Of a stretch of 64,000 bases of DNA, positions 31,128 through 41,760 are shown piece after piece; positions within the stretch are counted from its first letter, which is position 1; each line of letters begins with the position of its first letter. The stretch is from Terriglobia bacterium (GTDB taxonomy: Bacteria; Acidobacteriota; Terriglobia; JAJPHL01; JAPKYU01). The notes under the pieces are model-generated. The model was not told where the DNA came from. It made no database searches and worked only from the letters and a program-made list of their open reading frames with translations. The stretch spans positions 320,001 to 384,000 of the forward strand of contig CBDCVK010000002.1 of assembly GCA_965223005.1 (NCBI GenBank), in the 5' to 3' direction. Both the position numbers and the translations under genes were made by a program.

Positions 31128-31310
31128 GGCGGAGTTTCATTCTAGCATCCGCAGGATTTGCCGGCGGGCTGCGGAGGTGCCAGTCCATCGGCCAGCCCCC
31201 TAGGCCTCTTCTGCTGCGTTCCCATGTTAGACTCACTGTTGCCGGGACGTACGCAACGCCGCCGGGACCTAAGCAACCCGGCGCCCGACACCTGAAACCC
31301 GGCATCTCTG

Positions 31311-32660
31311 ATGATTACTCGCTACACACGGCCAGCGATGGGCCGCATCTGGAGTGACGAGAACCGCTTGCGCCGCTGGCTGGACGTGGAGCTGGCCACG
31401 GCGGAAGTCGAAGCCGAGGCCGGCTTGATCCCGGCCGAAGCCGCTCGCATTCTGCGCAAGAAGGCGCGCTTCGATGTGGCCCGCATTGCTGAAATCGAGC
31501 GCGAGGTGAAGCACGACGTGGTCGCTTTCACCACCGCGGTGGCCGAGTCGCTGGACGGCGAACCGGGGAACGTGTCGCGCTACCTGCATTACGGGCTTAC
31601 TTCCTACGACGTGGTAGATACGGCGCTTGGGCTGCAGTTCTCGGAGGCTTCGGCCCTGCTGCGGGAGGGCCTCGAGCGGCTGGGCGCAGTGCTGGAGCGC
31701 CGCGCGCACGAGTTCCGCCACACCGTAATGGTGGGACGCACTCATGGCGTGCACGCCGAGCCCACCACTTTTGGCCTGAAGCTGGCCGTCTGGTTTACCG
31801 AAAACCGCCGCAATCTGGCGCGCCTAGAAGCCGCCGCCGAGCAGATGCGGGTGGGCAAGCTGTCGGGCGCCGTCGGCACCTTCGCGCACCTGGGTCCGGA
31901 GATCGAAGAGAAGGTGTGCGCGCGCCTGGGGTTGAAGGCGGCTGAAGTTTCCAGCCAGATCCTGCAGCGCGACCGCCACGCCTACTACATGACAACGCTG
32001 GCCGTAGCGGCCAGTACGCTGGAAAAGATTGCGCTGGAAATCCGTAACCTGCAGCGCACGGAAGTGCGCGAGGCCGAGGAGTATTTCAGTGCCGGCCAGA
32101 AGGGCTCCTCCGCCATGCCGCACAAGCGGAATCCGGTAACCTGCGAGCAAATCTGCGGGCTGGCGCGGCTGGTACGGTCGAACGCCCAGGCGGCGCTTGA
32201 AAACGTGGCCCTGTGGCACGAGCGCGACATTTCCCACTCCTCGGTCGAGCGCGTCATCCTGCCGGATTCCACCATCCTGCTGGATTACCTACTTGCACGC
32301 ACCACGAGCCTCATTGACAAGCTGGTGGTCTACCCGGAGCGCATGCGCCAGAACCTGGAGATGACGCGCGGGCTGATCTTTTCCGGGCAGCTCTTGTTGG
32401 ACCTGGCGGAGAAGGGTACGCGGCGCGAGGACGCCTATCGCTGGGTCCAGCGCAACGCCATGCAGGCGTCGGATAGCGGCGGCGATTTTCGCCAGTTGTT
32501 GTTGGCCGACCCCGACATTGCGGCTGCGTTGAGCCGCAAGCAAATCGAAGCGGCCTTCGATCTCGACCGCCACCTGCGCCACGTGGACACCATCTTCCAG
32601 CGCGTGTTTGGTTTCACAAAGCCGGTTAAGGCGGGAACTCGGCGGCGCACCGGCCGTTAG
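31311..32660 (+). CDS. purB: Adenylosuccinate lyase
   Basis: [51 protein letters not shown]. Confidence 0.97.
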   Translation: MITRYTRPAMGRIWSDENRLRRWLDVELATAEVEAEAGLIPAEAARILRKKARFDVARIAEIEREVKHDVVAFTTAVAESLDGEPGNVSRYLHYGLTSYDVVDTALGLQFSEASALLREGLERLGAVLERRAHEFRHTVMVGRTHGVHAEPTTFGLKLAVWFTENRRNLARLEAAAEQMRVGKLSGAVGTFAHLGPEIEEKVCARLGLKAAEVSSQILQRDRHAYYMTTLAVAASTLEKIALEIRNLQRTEVREAEEYFSAGQKGSSAMPHKRNPVTCEQICGLARLVRSNAQAALENVALWHERDISHSSVERVILPDSTILLDYLLARTTSLIDKLVVYPERMRQNLEMTRGLIFSGQLLLDLAEKGTRREDAYRWVQRNAMQASDSGGDFRQLLLADPDIAAALSRKQIEAAFDLDRHLRHVDTIFQRVFGFTKPVKAGTRRRTGR

Positions 32661-32693
32661 CCCTGCCCGGCGTCCCCTGCGGCGAGCTAGGCG

Positions 32694-35351
32694 CTACAGC
32701 ATCGCGCTGACGATGTCGCAGACCTCGGCGATGGCCGAGTCCAGCTTTTCAGGATTCTTGCCGCCAGCTTCGGCCAGGTCAGGGCGGCCGCCGCCGGTGC
32801 CGCCCACTTTCTTAGCTACTGCCTGGGCAATCTTGCCGGCGTGCAGGCGTGAGGTGAGGTCTTTGGTGACTCCGACCACCAGCGCCACCTTTCCATCACC
32901 GGCTGCCCCCAGCACCACCACCCCGGACTTCAGCTCTGTCTTGAGGGCATCTACCATGTCGCGCAGGTGGGTGCGGTCCATTTCCTCCACGCGGGAGGAG
33001 AGCACCTGAACGTCCTTGACCGAGCGCACCCCGCCGGCCACCAGCTCGCCGCGCTCGGTGCGAGCCAGCCGGGAGCGCATTTGCGACAGCTTTTTCTCCA
33101 GCGCCCGCTGTTGCTGGAGCAGCCGCTCGACTACCTCCACGACTTCCGGCTCGTTGGTGCGCAGCGCCTGCTGGAGGCGCTGAATGGCCCCTACGGCGTC
33201 GCGGTAGTGGCGGTAGGCCGCCTCGCCGGTGAGGGCCTCAATGCGGCGCACACCGGCCGCGATGCTGGACTCGGAGACGATCTTGAACACTCCGATCTCA
33301 CCGGTGCGCCGCACGTGGGTGCCGCCGCACAGCTCGGTGGAAAAGCCCGGCACCTCGACCACGCGCACGCGCTCGCCATACCTCTCGCCGAACAGCGCCA
33401 TGGCGCCGGTCTCCAGGGCCGCCTCCAGGTCCATGATTTCGGTGCGGACCTCGGTGTCCTCGAGGACGTGCTTGTTGACCAGCCGCTCGACTTCCTCGAT
33501 TTCCGATTCGTCCAGCGCCGCGTAGTGGGTGAAGTCGAAGCGCAGCCGGGCCGGCTCGACCACCGAGCCGGCCTGCTTGACGTGCGGCCCCAGCACCTGC
33601 CGCAGGGCGGCGTGCATCAGGTGCGTGGCGGTGTGGTTGCGCATGGTCGAGCGCCGGCTGCTCTCTTCAACGGCCGCCGCCACGGTGTCACCGACCCGCA
33701 GCGGCGCCCGCGCCACCACGCGGTGCGCGATGAGGCCGGGAACCGGCGCCGCCGTATCCTCGACCACGGCCAACTCCTCGGCAAGGGCGTTGTTCAGCAA
33801 CGCGCCTTTGTCGCCCACTTGGCCGCCCGCCTCGGCGTAAAACGGCGTGTGGTCCAGCATCACTTCGGCGTGCTGACCAGGTACCAGTGCCTCAACCGGG
33901 CGGTCGCCTGCAAGCAGGCCTACGATCCGGCAATCCGGGGACAGAAGACGCTGGTAGCCGTCGAATTGGGTAGTCCCGTGCACGAGCAACTCGCGGTAGA
34001 CGGGCACGGCGGCCGCTTTTTCGCCACCTTTCCAACTAGCGCGGGCGCGCGCGCGCTGCTTCTGCATTTCCGCTTCAAAGCCGTCTTCGTCAATGAGCAG
34101 GCTGCGCTCCCGAGCGATCTCCTGCATCAGGTCCAGGGGCAGGCCGAAGCTGTCGTAGAGGTAAAAGACCTTGGGACCGGGCAGCGTCCCGGACGAAGCG
34201 ACCTCGGCCACGGCACGGTCAAACTCCTTTAAGGCGATGGCCAGGGTGTGCCCGAAGCGCTGCTCCTCCTCCTTCACCACGCGGGCCACGCGCGACACGC
34301 TTTCCCGCAGCTCCGGGTAGGCCTGCTGCATCTGGTCGGCGACCGCACCGGTCAGCTCGAACAGGAAGGGCTTCTCCAGACCCAGCAGGCGCCCATGGCG
34401 GATGGCACGCCGCAGGATTTTGCGCAGCACGTAGCCGCGTCCTTCGTTGGAGGGCAGCACGCCGTCGTGGATCAGAAAGGCGGCGGCGCGGGCGTGGTCG
34501 GCCAGGATGCGCAGCGAGACGTCGGCCGTGGAGCTTTCCCCGTAGGCCTGGCCACACAGCTCAGCGGAGCGATCCACCAGCGGGCGCAACAGGTCGGTGT
34601 CGAAGTTCGACAGCTTCCCTTGCAGCACCGCCGCCACGCGTTCCAGCCCCATACCGGTGTCAATCGAGGGGCGGGGCAGCGGCGTCATCTTGCCGTCGGC
34701 GTCGCGGCTGAACTGCATGAACACCAGGTTCCAGATTTCGACGTAGCGGCCACACTCGCAGGGGAAGCGGCAGTCGGCGTGGCCTTCGTCGCTGGCTTCC
34801 GGCCCCATGTCGTAGTGGATTTCCGAGCAGGGCCCGCACGGCCCGGTGTCCCCCATGGCCCAGAAGTTGTCCTTCTCGTCCAAGCCAAAGATGCGGTCAG
34901 CTGCAACTGCAGCTTCGCTCTGCCACAGCTTGCCGGCCTCAGGGTCGTCGCGGAAGATGGTCACGTAGAGGCGCTGTTTGGAGAGACCGTAGCCAGTCGG
35001 TGGGGGCGCCGTCACCAGTTCCCAGGCGTAGGTAATGGCTTCCTGCTTGAAGTAGTCGCCGAAGGAAAAATTGCCCAGCATTTCGAAGAAGGTATGGTGG
35101 CGGCGAGTGCGGCCGACGTTCTCCAGGTCGTTATGCTTACCCCCGGCCCGCAGGCATTTCTGAGCGCTACAGGCCCGCGCGTAAGTGCGCTTCTCCAGCC
35201 CGAGGAAAACCTCCTTGAACTGGTTCATCCCGGCGTTGGTGAACAGAAGGGTGGGGTCGTTTACCGGCACCAGCGACGAGCTTCGCACGACTTGGTGGCC
35301 GCGCGCGGCGAAGTAATCGAGGAAGCGCTGACGGATGGCGTTGCCGGTCAT
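32694..35351 (-). CDS. alaS: Alanine--tRNA ligase
   Basis: LLFTNAGMNQFK, HHTFFEMLGNFSFGDYFK, DTGMGLER, NHTATHL, ELCGGTHV, GGGRPD. Confidence 0.98.
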   Translation of the reverse strand: MTGNAIRQRFLDYFAARGHQVVRSSSLVPVNDPTLLFTNAGMNQFKEVFLGLEKRTYARACSAQKCLRAGGKHNDLENVGRTRRHHTFFEMLGNFSFGDYFKQEAITYAWELVTAPPPTGYGLSKQRLYVTIFRDDPEAGKLWQSEAAVAADRIFGLDEKDNFWAMGDTGPCGPCSEIHYDMGPEASDEGHADCRFPCECGRYVEIWNLVFMQFSRDADGKMTPLPRPSIDTGMGLERVAAVLQGKLSNFDTDLLRPLVDRSAELCGQAYGESSTADVSLRILADHARAAAFLIHDGVLPSNEGRGYVLRKILRRAIRHGRLLGLEKPFLFELTGAVADQMQQAYPELRESVSRVARVVKEEEQRFGHTLAIALKEFDRAVAEVASSGTLPGPKVFYLYDSFGLPLDLMQEIARERSLLIDEDGFEAEMQKQRARARASWKGGEKAAAVPVYRELLVHGTTQFDGYQRLLSPDCRIVGLLAGDRPVEALVPGQHAEVMLDHTPFYAEAGGQVGDKGALLNNALAEELAVVEDTAAPVPGLIAHRVVARAPLRVGDTVAAAVEESSRRSTMRNHTATHLMHAALRQVLGPHVKQAGSVVEPARLRFDFTHYAALDESEIEEVERLVNKHVLEDTEVRTEIMDLEAALETGAMALFGERYGERVRVVEVPGFSTELCGGTHVRRTGEIGVFKIVSESSIAAGVRRIEALTGEAAYRHYRDAVGAIQRLQQALRTNEPEVVEVVERLLQQQRALEKKLSQMRSRLARTERGELVAGGVRSVKDVQVLSSRVEEMDRTHLRDMVDALKTELKSGVVVLGAAGDGKVALVVGVTKDLTSRLHAGKIAQAVAKKVGGTGGGRPDLAEAGGKNPEKLDSAIAEVCDIVSAML

Positions 35352-35493
35352 GGTCGCAAAGGAGAATTATAGCCGCGTCTTCGAGTAGCAGGGCGTGGCG
35401 TTTTCCGGCGCAGCTTCGAAGGTGTCGGGTTTCGAAGCACGGCCCCCGGATGCGCAGGTTCGCGGCTGGGCGGCCAGAACTCTACGGAATCGG

Positions 35494-35775
35494 TTAACAA
35501 CTGCGCATCGCCTGTTTACAGTGCAGGCAGAGTTGCTCGCCTGCGTGATCCGCCGAGCGCCTGCAAAATCTCCAGCTCCACCATGGGCCGTCGCTATCGG
35601 GCCACTCGACTGCTTCCAGGTAAACGTTCTCAGCGAGTATGCGGACCACTTTCAGCGGTCCTGGGAATTGAGCGCGACCATTTTTCAGGCCCCATGTTCT
35701 TACCAAGAAAACCATGTCTCCTGTTTGGAAGGGGTTATCAGCAAGGCTTCGAGTGTTTGTTTCAGTCTTCCCCAT
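35494..35775 (-). CDS. Putative small hypothetical protein (93 aa) with Cys-rich C-terminus
   Basis: ATG overlaps the recX end; MGKTETNTRSLADNPFQTGDMVFLV...KVVRILAENVYLE...FCRR...LCLHCKQAMRSC; fills the recX-alaS gap. Confidence 0.45.
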   Translation of the reverse strand: MGKTETNTRSLADNPFQTGDMVFLVRTWGLKNGRAQFPGPLKVVRILAENVYLEAVEWPDSDGPWWSWRFCRRSADHAGEQLCLHCKQAMRSC

Positions 35776-36343
35776 GGCTGTGCTGGTCTGAACTCTGCTC
35801 TTCTGTCTCCTCCTCGAGGTGTTCCAGTAGCTCGGGGTCGGCCTGCTGAAGGCGCTGCAACTCGGCCAGGATAGCGCCATGGGCGAAGCCGGCACGGCGT
35901 AGGGCCCGGTACAGGGAAGCTACTTTCTGGGGGTTCTGGGGAGGGCCGCCGGTGCGCAGGCGGCGGGCCAAGTGTTGCCGAAGCAGCCTGACTTCGTCCA
36001 CACCTTCGTAAGCGGTGCGGACCGCGCGCTGCGCCACTTCCGGGGCCACGAGGCGCAGGCGCAAGTCATGGACTACGCGCACCCTGCCCAGGCGCTGGTT
36101 TTCCAGCCGAGCCGCAGCAAAGTTTTCGGCAAAGCGCTCGTCGTTCAGGTAGCCGCGTTTCTTCAGGCGACCCAGCACCCGAGGCACGTCTTGGCGGCTC
36201 AGGGCGCGGCGCTCCAGCAGGCGGCGGAGTTCGGCCACCGAACGCGCCCGCACCGCCAGTTGCTTCACCGCGTGCCAATACAGCTCTTCCTCCGCCAGGT
36301 GCTTTGGAGCTCGCGGCTTTCGCGCCCGTCGGCCCCCACTCAT
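35762..36343 (-). CDS. recX: Regulatory protein RecX
   Basis: LAVRARSVAELR, GYLNDERFA, LGRVRVVHDL, LRRAGF. Confidence 0.88.
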   Translation of the reverse strand: MSGGRRARKPRAPKHLAEEELYWHAVKQLAVRARSVAELRRLLERRALSRQDVPRVLGRLKKRGYLNDERFAENFAAARLENQRLGRVRVVHDLRLRLVAPEVAQRAVRTAYEGVDEVRLLRQHLARRLRTGGPPQNPQKVASLYRALRRAGFAHGAILAELQRLQQADPELLEHLEEETEEQSSDQHSHGED

Positions 36344-36487
36344 GGTGAGATTCTATCCTTTTTGGCTGCGGCCCATGGGCGGTAGCTGTTGCATGGGCAG
36401 GTTATCAGTTTGGAGAAGCAGGGCTCCACGCCCGGTGGAGTGTTGGTCCTCCACCACGCCCGAAGCCGCAGGACTGGAGATTGGAGT

Positions 36488-37621
36488 CTACCGCTGGTAG
36501 TCCGCGCCGCCGATGGCCGCCTGCATCTGGTCGCGGGCCACATCGGCCGTGGAGCTGATGCCCTGGACGCGCAGTTTGAACTCGTCGGGGTTGCTCGCCT
36601 GAGCCAGGCATTCCTCGTAGGTGACCAGTCCCTGGGTGTAGAGGTCGTAGAGCGACTGGTCGAACGTCTGCATTCCGTACTGAGAGGTGCCGGTAGAGAT
36701 CGCCTCCCTGATCATCCGGGTCTTGTCCGGGTTGACGAGACAGTCGCGAACAAAGGCGGTGGTGATCAGCACTTCAACTGCGGGGACCCGCCCAATATCA
36801 TCCGCCTTCCGTACCAGCCGCTGCGAGATCACGGCCTTCAGCGTGCTAGCTAGCTGCAAACGGATCTGCTTCTGCTCCGGGGGCGGAAAGACGGCAATGA
36901 TGCGCTGGATGGTCTCAGCGGCATCCAGGGTGTGCAAGGTAGAGAACACCAAATGGCCGGTTTCAGCGGCCAGCAGCGCGGTGCCGATGGTTTCCAGGTC
37001 GCGCATTTCGCCCACCAGAATCACGTCCGGGTCCTGCCGCAAGGCAGCCCGCAAAGCCGCCGAGAAGTTGTGCGTGTCCACCTCCACTTCGCGCTGGTTG
37101 ACGAACCCTTTCTTGTCCCGGTGCAGGTATTCGATCGGGTCCTCGATAGTGATGATGTGGTCGGTGCGCGAGGAATTGATGCGGTCAATCATGGACGCCA
37201 AAGTGGTGGACTTGCCGCTGCCGGTCGTGCCGGTCACCAGCACCAGCCCGCGGCGCTCGTTGCAGATCAATCCCACGATGCGGGGCATGTTCAACTCCTC
37301 GGTCGTGCGGATCTTAGTGGGTACCACCCGCAGCACCAGCCCCAGGTTCCCTCGCTGCTGAAACACGTTCACTCGAAAGCGGCCCAGCCCGGCTACCCCG
37401 TAGGCCATGTCCAGCTCGGCCGTCTCTTTGAACTTCTGCTTCTGCCGGTTGGACATCATGCTGAAGGCCATGTTCAACATGTCCTCGGCAGTGAGTCGCG
37501 GGATATCGCTCAGCGGCGCCAGTTGCCCGTCAATCCGCAGGTAGGGCTGGTTGCCGACCTTCAGGTGCAGGTCGCTCGCCTTCCGTTCCACTGCAGTCCG
37601 CAACAACTCGTCGATATGCAT
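36488..37621 (-). CDS. pilT: Type IV pilus retraction ATPase PilT/PilU
   Basis: ASDLHL, GRFRVNVF, VTGTTGSGKSTT, TIEDPIE, ALRQDPDVILVGEMRD, AETGHLVFSTLHT, GMQTFDQ. Confidence 0.93.
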   Translation of the reverse strand: MHIDELLRTAVERKASDLHLKVGNQPYLRIDGQLAPLSDIPRLTAEDMLNMAFSMMSNRQKQKFKETAELDMAYGVAGLGRFRVNVFQQRGNLGLVLRVVPTKIRTTEELNMPRIVGLICNERRGLVLVTGTTGSGKSTTLASMIDRINSSRTDHIITIEDPIEYLHRDKKGFVNQREVEVDTHNFSAALRAALRQDPDVILVGEMRDLETIGTALLAAETGHLVFSTLHTLDAAETIQRIIAVFPPPEQKQIRLQLASTLKAVISQRLVRKADDIGRVPAVEVLITTAFVRDCLVNPDKTRMIREAISTGTSQYGMQTFDQSLYDLYTQGLVTYEECLAQASNPDEFKLRVQGISSTADVARDQMQAAIGGADYQR

Positions 37622-37892
37622 AGCTGCTCCCTGGGGACAAAATCCCGGCTTGCTTTCCCATTAAGCCACAGCGCAAAGGAGAGTGTCAATTTAGATTCCA
37701 ACTCGGCCCGGCAATGACACTTACCGGGGAGACTCTCCGCTTCTATGCTGGAGCGGCACCGCGATCGAGCCACCGCGTTCACTCACTCCCGTAGGCGCTA
37801 GGCTGCTGGCAGGCGCACCTGGAAAGTGGCACCACAACCTGGGCTGGAGCGCACGCCGATGCCACCCTGGTTGGCTTCCACCAGTTCCCGGG

Positions 37893-38897
37893 TCAGCGCT
37901 CGAGAGCCTGCAGCACGGCCTCAGTAAATTGGGATGTGGAGGCCTGCCCGCCCACCTCGCGGGTCAATGCGCGACCTTCCGCATACACAGTATGGATGGC
38001 GCGTTCGGCACGGTCGGCGGACTCTCGCTCGCCCAGGTGCCGGAGCATCAGCACCGCCGAGAGCATCATGGCGGTAGGGTTGGCCACGTTCTTGCCGGCG
38101 ATGTCGGGGGCGCTGCCGTGTACCGCCTCGAAAATTGCCCTGTGGTCGCCCAGGTTGGCGCCCGGCACCAATCCCAGGCCTCCAACCAGCCCGGCGCAGA
38201 GGTCGGAGATGATGTCGCCGTATAGGTTTTCCAGCAGGAGCGTGTCGAACTGGTGGGGATTCATCACCAACTGCATGCAGGTGTTGTCCACGATCAGCTC
38301 GTCGTAGACGATGTCGGGATACTGGCGGGCCACGGCCCGGCTCGACTGCAGGAACAGCCCGTCGCTCAGCTTCATGATGTTGGCCTTGTGGATGCAGGAG
38401 ATTTTCTTCCTCCCCACGCGGCGGGCGTATTCGAACGCGTAGCGGGAAATCCGGGTGGAAGCGCGCTCGGTGATGATCTTTAAGCTCTCGACTACCCCGG
38501 GGATCACCTCGTGTTCCAGCCCGGAGTACAGGCCCTCGGTATTCTCGCGGAAGATGACCAGGTCCACGTCTCCGAAGCGGGTAGTCAGTCCCGGCAAGTT
38601 GCGCACTGGCCGGAAGTTCGCGTACAGGTCCAGCGCCTTGCGCAGCGCAACGTTGATGCTGGGGAAACCGCCGCCGATGGGCGTGGCGATGGGCCCCTTC
38701 AGCCCCACCCCGTTGCGGCGCAGTGACTCCAGCAGCGAGTCCGGCAGGAAGGTGCCGTACTCGGACAACGCGTCCGCCCCCGCCTTGATGGTTTCCCACT
38801 CCACCCGCACCCCGGTGGCCTCCACCAGACGCACCGTGGCTGCGGAGACTTCCGAGCCAATGCCGTCGCCAGGAATCAAGGTAACGCGATGCGCCAT
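37893..38897 (-). CDS. Isocitrate/isopropylmalate dehydrogenase family protein (NAD-IDH-like)
   Basis: IPGDGIGSEV, SINVALRK, RENTEGLY, HKANIMK, ENLYGDIISD, FEAVHGSAPDIAG. Confidence 0.92.
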   Translation of the reverse strand: MAHRVTLIPGDGIGSEVSAATVRLVEATGVRVEWETIKAGADALSEYGTFLPDSLLESLRRNGVGLKGPIATPIGGGFPSINVALRKALDLYANFRPVRNLPGLTTRFGDVDLVIFRENTEGLYSGLEHEVIPGVVESLKIITERASTRISRYAFEYARRVGRKKISCIHKANIMKLSDGLFLQSSRAVARQYPDIVYDELIVDNTCMQLVMNPHQFDTLLLENLYGDIISDLCAGLVGGLGLVPGANLGDHRAIFEAVHGSAPDIAGKNVANPTAMMLSAVLMLRHLGERESADRAERAIHTVYAEGRALTREVGGQASTSQFTEAVLQALER

Positions 38898-38905
38898 AGT
38901 AGCAG

Positions 38906-39875
38906 TTAGACCCAGTACATGGTCACGGGGCCGTCCAAACGCTTGCACACCTGGCCGGCGTCCTCCATCAGGTCCAGGTGGGCGAAGACTTCCGAGATGG
39001 CCAGGAACATCGAAGAAGTGCGCGCCTGTGGGAACAGACAGGCGGAGAGCTCAAAAACCGTTTGTTCCTTATGCCGTAGGCATTCGAGGAGACGGCCCTT
39101 GCGCTTTTCATGGTGATGGACTAGTTGATCGTGCCATTCCGGGTAGCTCGTCACTGGCTCCCCGTGCCCGGTGTAGATAACAGCCGGACTCAGTTGCCGA
39201 ATTCGCTGGAGGCTTTCCAGATACGCCCCTAAAGCGGGGAAACGCAGCCGCGGCGAGGTCCGGTCCAGGCTGAGCATGGGATTGGGAGTGATGTTCCGTA
39301 ACACGGTGTCGGAAGAGAGCAGAACGCGCCGGGACGGCTCAAAGAAAAAAAAAGCTGCCCGGCGTGTGCCCCGGTGTGGTTACCGCCTGAAATTCCACCG
39401 GGCCGCATGGCAGCGGGCCCAATTGCTCAACGGGCTGATACTTCTCCAGCGGCTCGGCCAGGCCACGCAGCGCCGTGATTCTCTCCCACATGACGCGCTG
39501 CGCCGACTCTAGCGTGCCGGCCTGCTCCAGCATGGAGCGGTAGAAGTCGTCCAACCGCTCCTGATGGTGGCTGAAATATAACCCGTCCCGGGGGCTTGCA
39601 TAGATTGGTGCACCTGAGCGGCCAGCCACCGCCCGGGCCAGTCCGTAGTGATCCACGTGCCCGTGGGTCACCACGACCTTCTTTAACTGCTCCAGGCGCA
39701 AGCCAGCCTCGCTCATCAGCTTCTCCAGCAAGTCCAGGGTTTCCTGCATTCCGGGACCGGTATCCACCAGCACCGCTTCCGGCTCGGTCACCAGGTACAC
39801 GTTCACCGGGCCCACCGGAAACGGAGTGGGCAGCTCCAGCCGATACAGCGGCAGGTCCAGCAGTCGTTCGATCAT
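38906..39875 (-). pseudogene. MBL-fold metallo-hydrolase split by a +1 frameshift in a T9 run (phase-variable, pseudogene or sequencing error)
   Basis: The 5' part has PTPFPVGPVNVY, VDTG, THGHVDHYG and TPGHTPG. Removing one T at 39345-39353 continues in frame to FEPSRRVLLSSDTVLRNITPNP...YLESL...IYTGHG. Confidence 0.85.
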
Positions 39876-41707
39876 GTTTCGCCGTAAAGCGATTCCACCG
39901 CGTCGCGATATTGTTGCTCCACCGTCCGGCGCCGGATTTTCATCGTTGGCGTCAGTTCCCCGGATTCGATCGAAAAATCGCGCTCCAGCACGACAAAACG
40001 CTTGATCTGCTCAAAGCGAGCTAGGTCGGCGTTTACCGCGTCCACTTCCCGTTGCAGCAGCGCGCGCACCTGCTCGTGGCGCGCCAGCTCGCCGGGGGAG
40101 CTGCAAGGCAGGCCGCGCTGCCGGGCGAATTCCGCCAGCCTGTCGAAGTTGGGCACCAGCAGGGCGACCACGTACGGACGCCGGTCGCCCACCAGCACCG
40201 CATTGAGCAGATAGGGACAGGCGCACAGTCGGTTCTCGATGGGCTGAGGTGCGACGTATTTGCCGCCGGCGGTTTTCAACAGGTCCTTCTTGCGATCGGT
40301 GACGCGCAGCTCGCCACCGGGGGTGAGCTCACCAATATCACCGGTATGGAACCATCCATCCTTGACCACGTGGGCGGTTTCCTCCGGCTGGTTATAGTAG
40401 CCCTTCATCACGTTCGGCCCCCGCACCAGAATTTCGCCGTCCTCCGCGATCCGCACCTCAACCCCAGCTAGGGGCCTGCCCACTGTTCCTGGGCGGTTGT
40501 GCCCGGGAACATTGGTGGCCACCACCGGTGAGGTTTCTGTCAGGCCGTAGCCCTCGCAGACCGTCACGCCGGCAGCATTGAAGAATTCCGACAGCGCTGG
40601 CGATAGCGGAGCGCTGCCGGAGAGAAAGAAACGGATGCGGCCGCCGAGCCGGGCACGCAAGCGACCGAACACCAGCCGCTCAGCCAAAGCGTGGCGCAGC
40701 GACAGGCCGGTGGGTAACTGCTGGTCGGCCACGCGGCGGCGCAGGGCCTGCTGCCCGACACCCACGGCCCACCGGAACAGCCAGCGCCGTGGCGCGGGCG
40801 CCTGGCGCACGGCATCCATCACACGGCCGTGCATCTTCTCAAAAAAGCGTGGAACGGCGGCCAGCACCGTCGGGCGCACCTCCAGCAAGTTCTGGGACAC
40901 TGCCTCGATGCTTTCCGCGTAGGCAATGGGCACATCGTTGTACAGGTAGGTGTAATCCACCATCCGTTCATAAATGTGGGCCAGCGGCAGGAACGATAGG
41001 GCCAAGTCGTCGGGCTGAAACAGGTTCGCCGAAGCCAGCACGTTGGAGACGATATTGGCGTGAGTGAGCATCACTCCCTTGGGTGTGCCGGTGGTACCCG
41101 AGGTGTAGATGATGCTGGCAAGGTCTTCCGGGCGCACCGCCCGAGCCGTCTGCTCGAATCGCGCCCCTTCCGCCGAAGCCATCGCCGCGTCCCCGACCAG
41201 ATCTCGCCAGGCCAGCTGACGTTTCTCGTCGGCATCGTCCGAAAATGGGCGGAAGGGGGCGGCGCTGATGGGCACCCCTTCCATCGCGACGGCCCAACGC
41301 AGCCGCGGCAGCCGGTCCCAAACACTGCAAATCTTTTCCAGCTGGGCTTTGTTGGAGACCACGATGCCGCAGGCGCCCGAATCCTGAAGGATGTACTCGC
41401 AAGAGTGCGCCGGCAAGGTGGGATAAAGCGGGACCGTGACGCCGCCGCGGCCCAGGATGCCAAAATCGGCCACCGCCCATTCCGGCCGGTTCTCCGACAG
41501 CAACGCCACACGATCTCCGGGCACGACACCCAGCCGTTCCAGTCCTCGGGCCAGCCACACCACCTGGCGGAACATTTCGCGCGCCTGGATCGAGACCCAG
41601 GCGCCCGCCCGTTTGTGCCGCAGCATCTCGCGATATTCGCGCCCGGCGATCTGCAAGATGATGTCGTTGAGCGTCCGCAAGGCAGAGGTAGGAGTTTCGG
41701 CTGCCAT
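39872..41707 (-). CDS. fadD: Long-chain fatty acid--CoA ligase
   Basis: IIYTSGTTGTPKGVMLTH, FLPLAHIYER, EGYGLTETSP, GWFHTGDIG, DRKKD, LTPTMK. Confidence 0.9.
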   Translation of the reverse strand: MAAETPTSALRTLNDIILQIAGREYREMLRHKRAGAWVSIQAREMFRQVVWLARGLERLGVVPGDRVALLSENRPEWAVADFGILGRGGVTVPLYPTLPAHSCEYILQDSGACGIVVSNKAQLEKICSVWDRLPRLRWAVAMEGVPISAAPFRPFSDDADEKRQLAWRDLVGDAAMASAEGARFEQTARAVRPEDLASIIYTSGTTGTPKGVMLTHANIVSNVLASANLFQPDDLALSFLPLAHIYERMVDYTYLYNDVPIAYAESIEAVSQNLLEVRPTVLAAVPRFFEKMHGRVMDAVRQAPAPRRWLFRWAVGVGQQALRRRVADQQLPTGLSLRHALAERLVFGRLRARLGGRIRFFLSGSAPLSPALSEFFNAAGVTVCEGYGLTETSPVVATNVPGHNRPGTVGRPLAGVEVRIAEDGEILVRGPNVMKGYYNQPEETAHVVKDGWFHTGDIGELTPGGELRVTDRKKDLLKTAGGKYVAPQPIENRLCACPYLLNAVLVGDRRPYVVALLVPNFDRLAEFARQRGLPCSSPGELARHEQVRALLQREVDAVNADLARFEQIKRFVVLERDFSIESGELTPTMKIRRRTVEQQYRDAVESLYGET

Positions 41708-41760
41708 CCAGGGCCTTTTACTCTAGCAACGAAGGACGGATGTGCGCAATGAATCCGTAT

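Noticed and set aside
31128-31310. tRNA-Sec (selC) or another RNA gene next to selB
   Set aside because: No cloverleaf, TCA anticodon arm or T-loop pattern is recognisable, and selA/selD are not in the window either.
32967-35372. Long plus-strand ORFs (421 and 374 aa)
   Set aside because: Antisense shadows of alaS.
36488-37621. Lone pilT as a sign of a novel secretion system
   Set aside because: pilT paralogs are commonly dispersed away from pilus operons, and no other pilus or secretion genes are adjacent.
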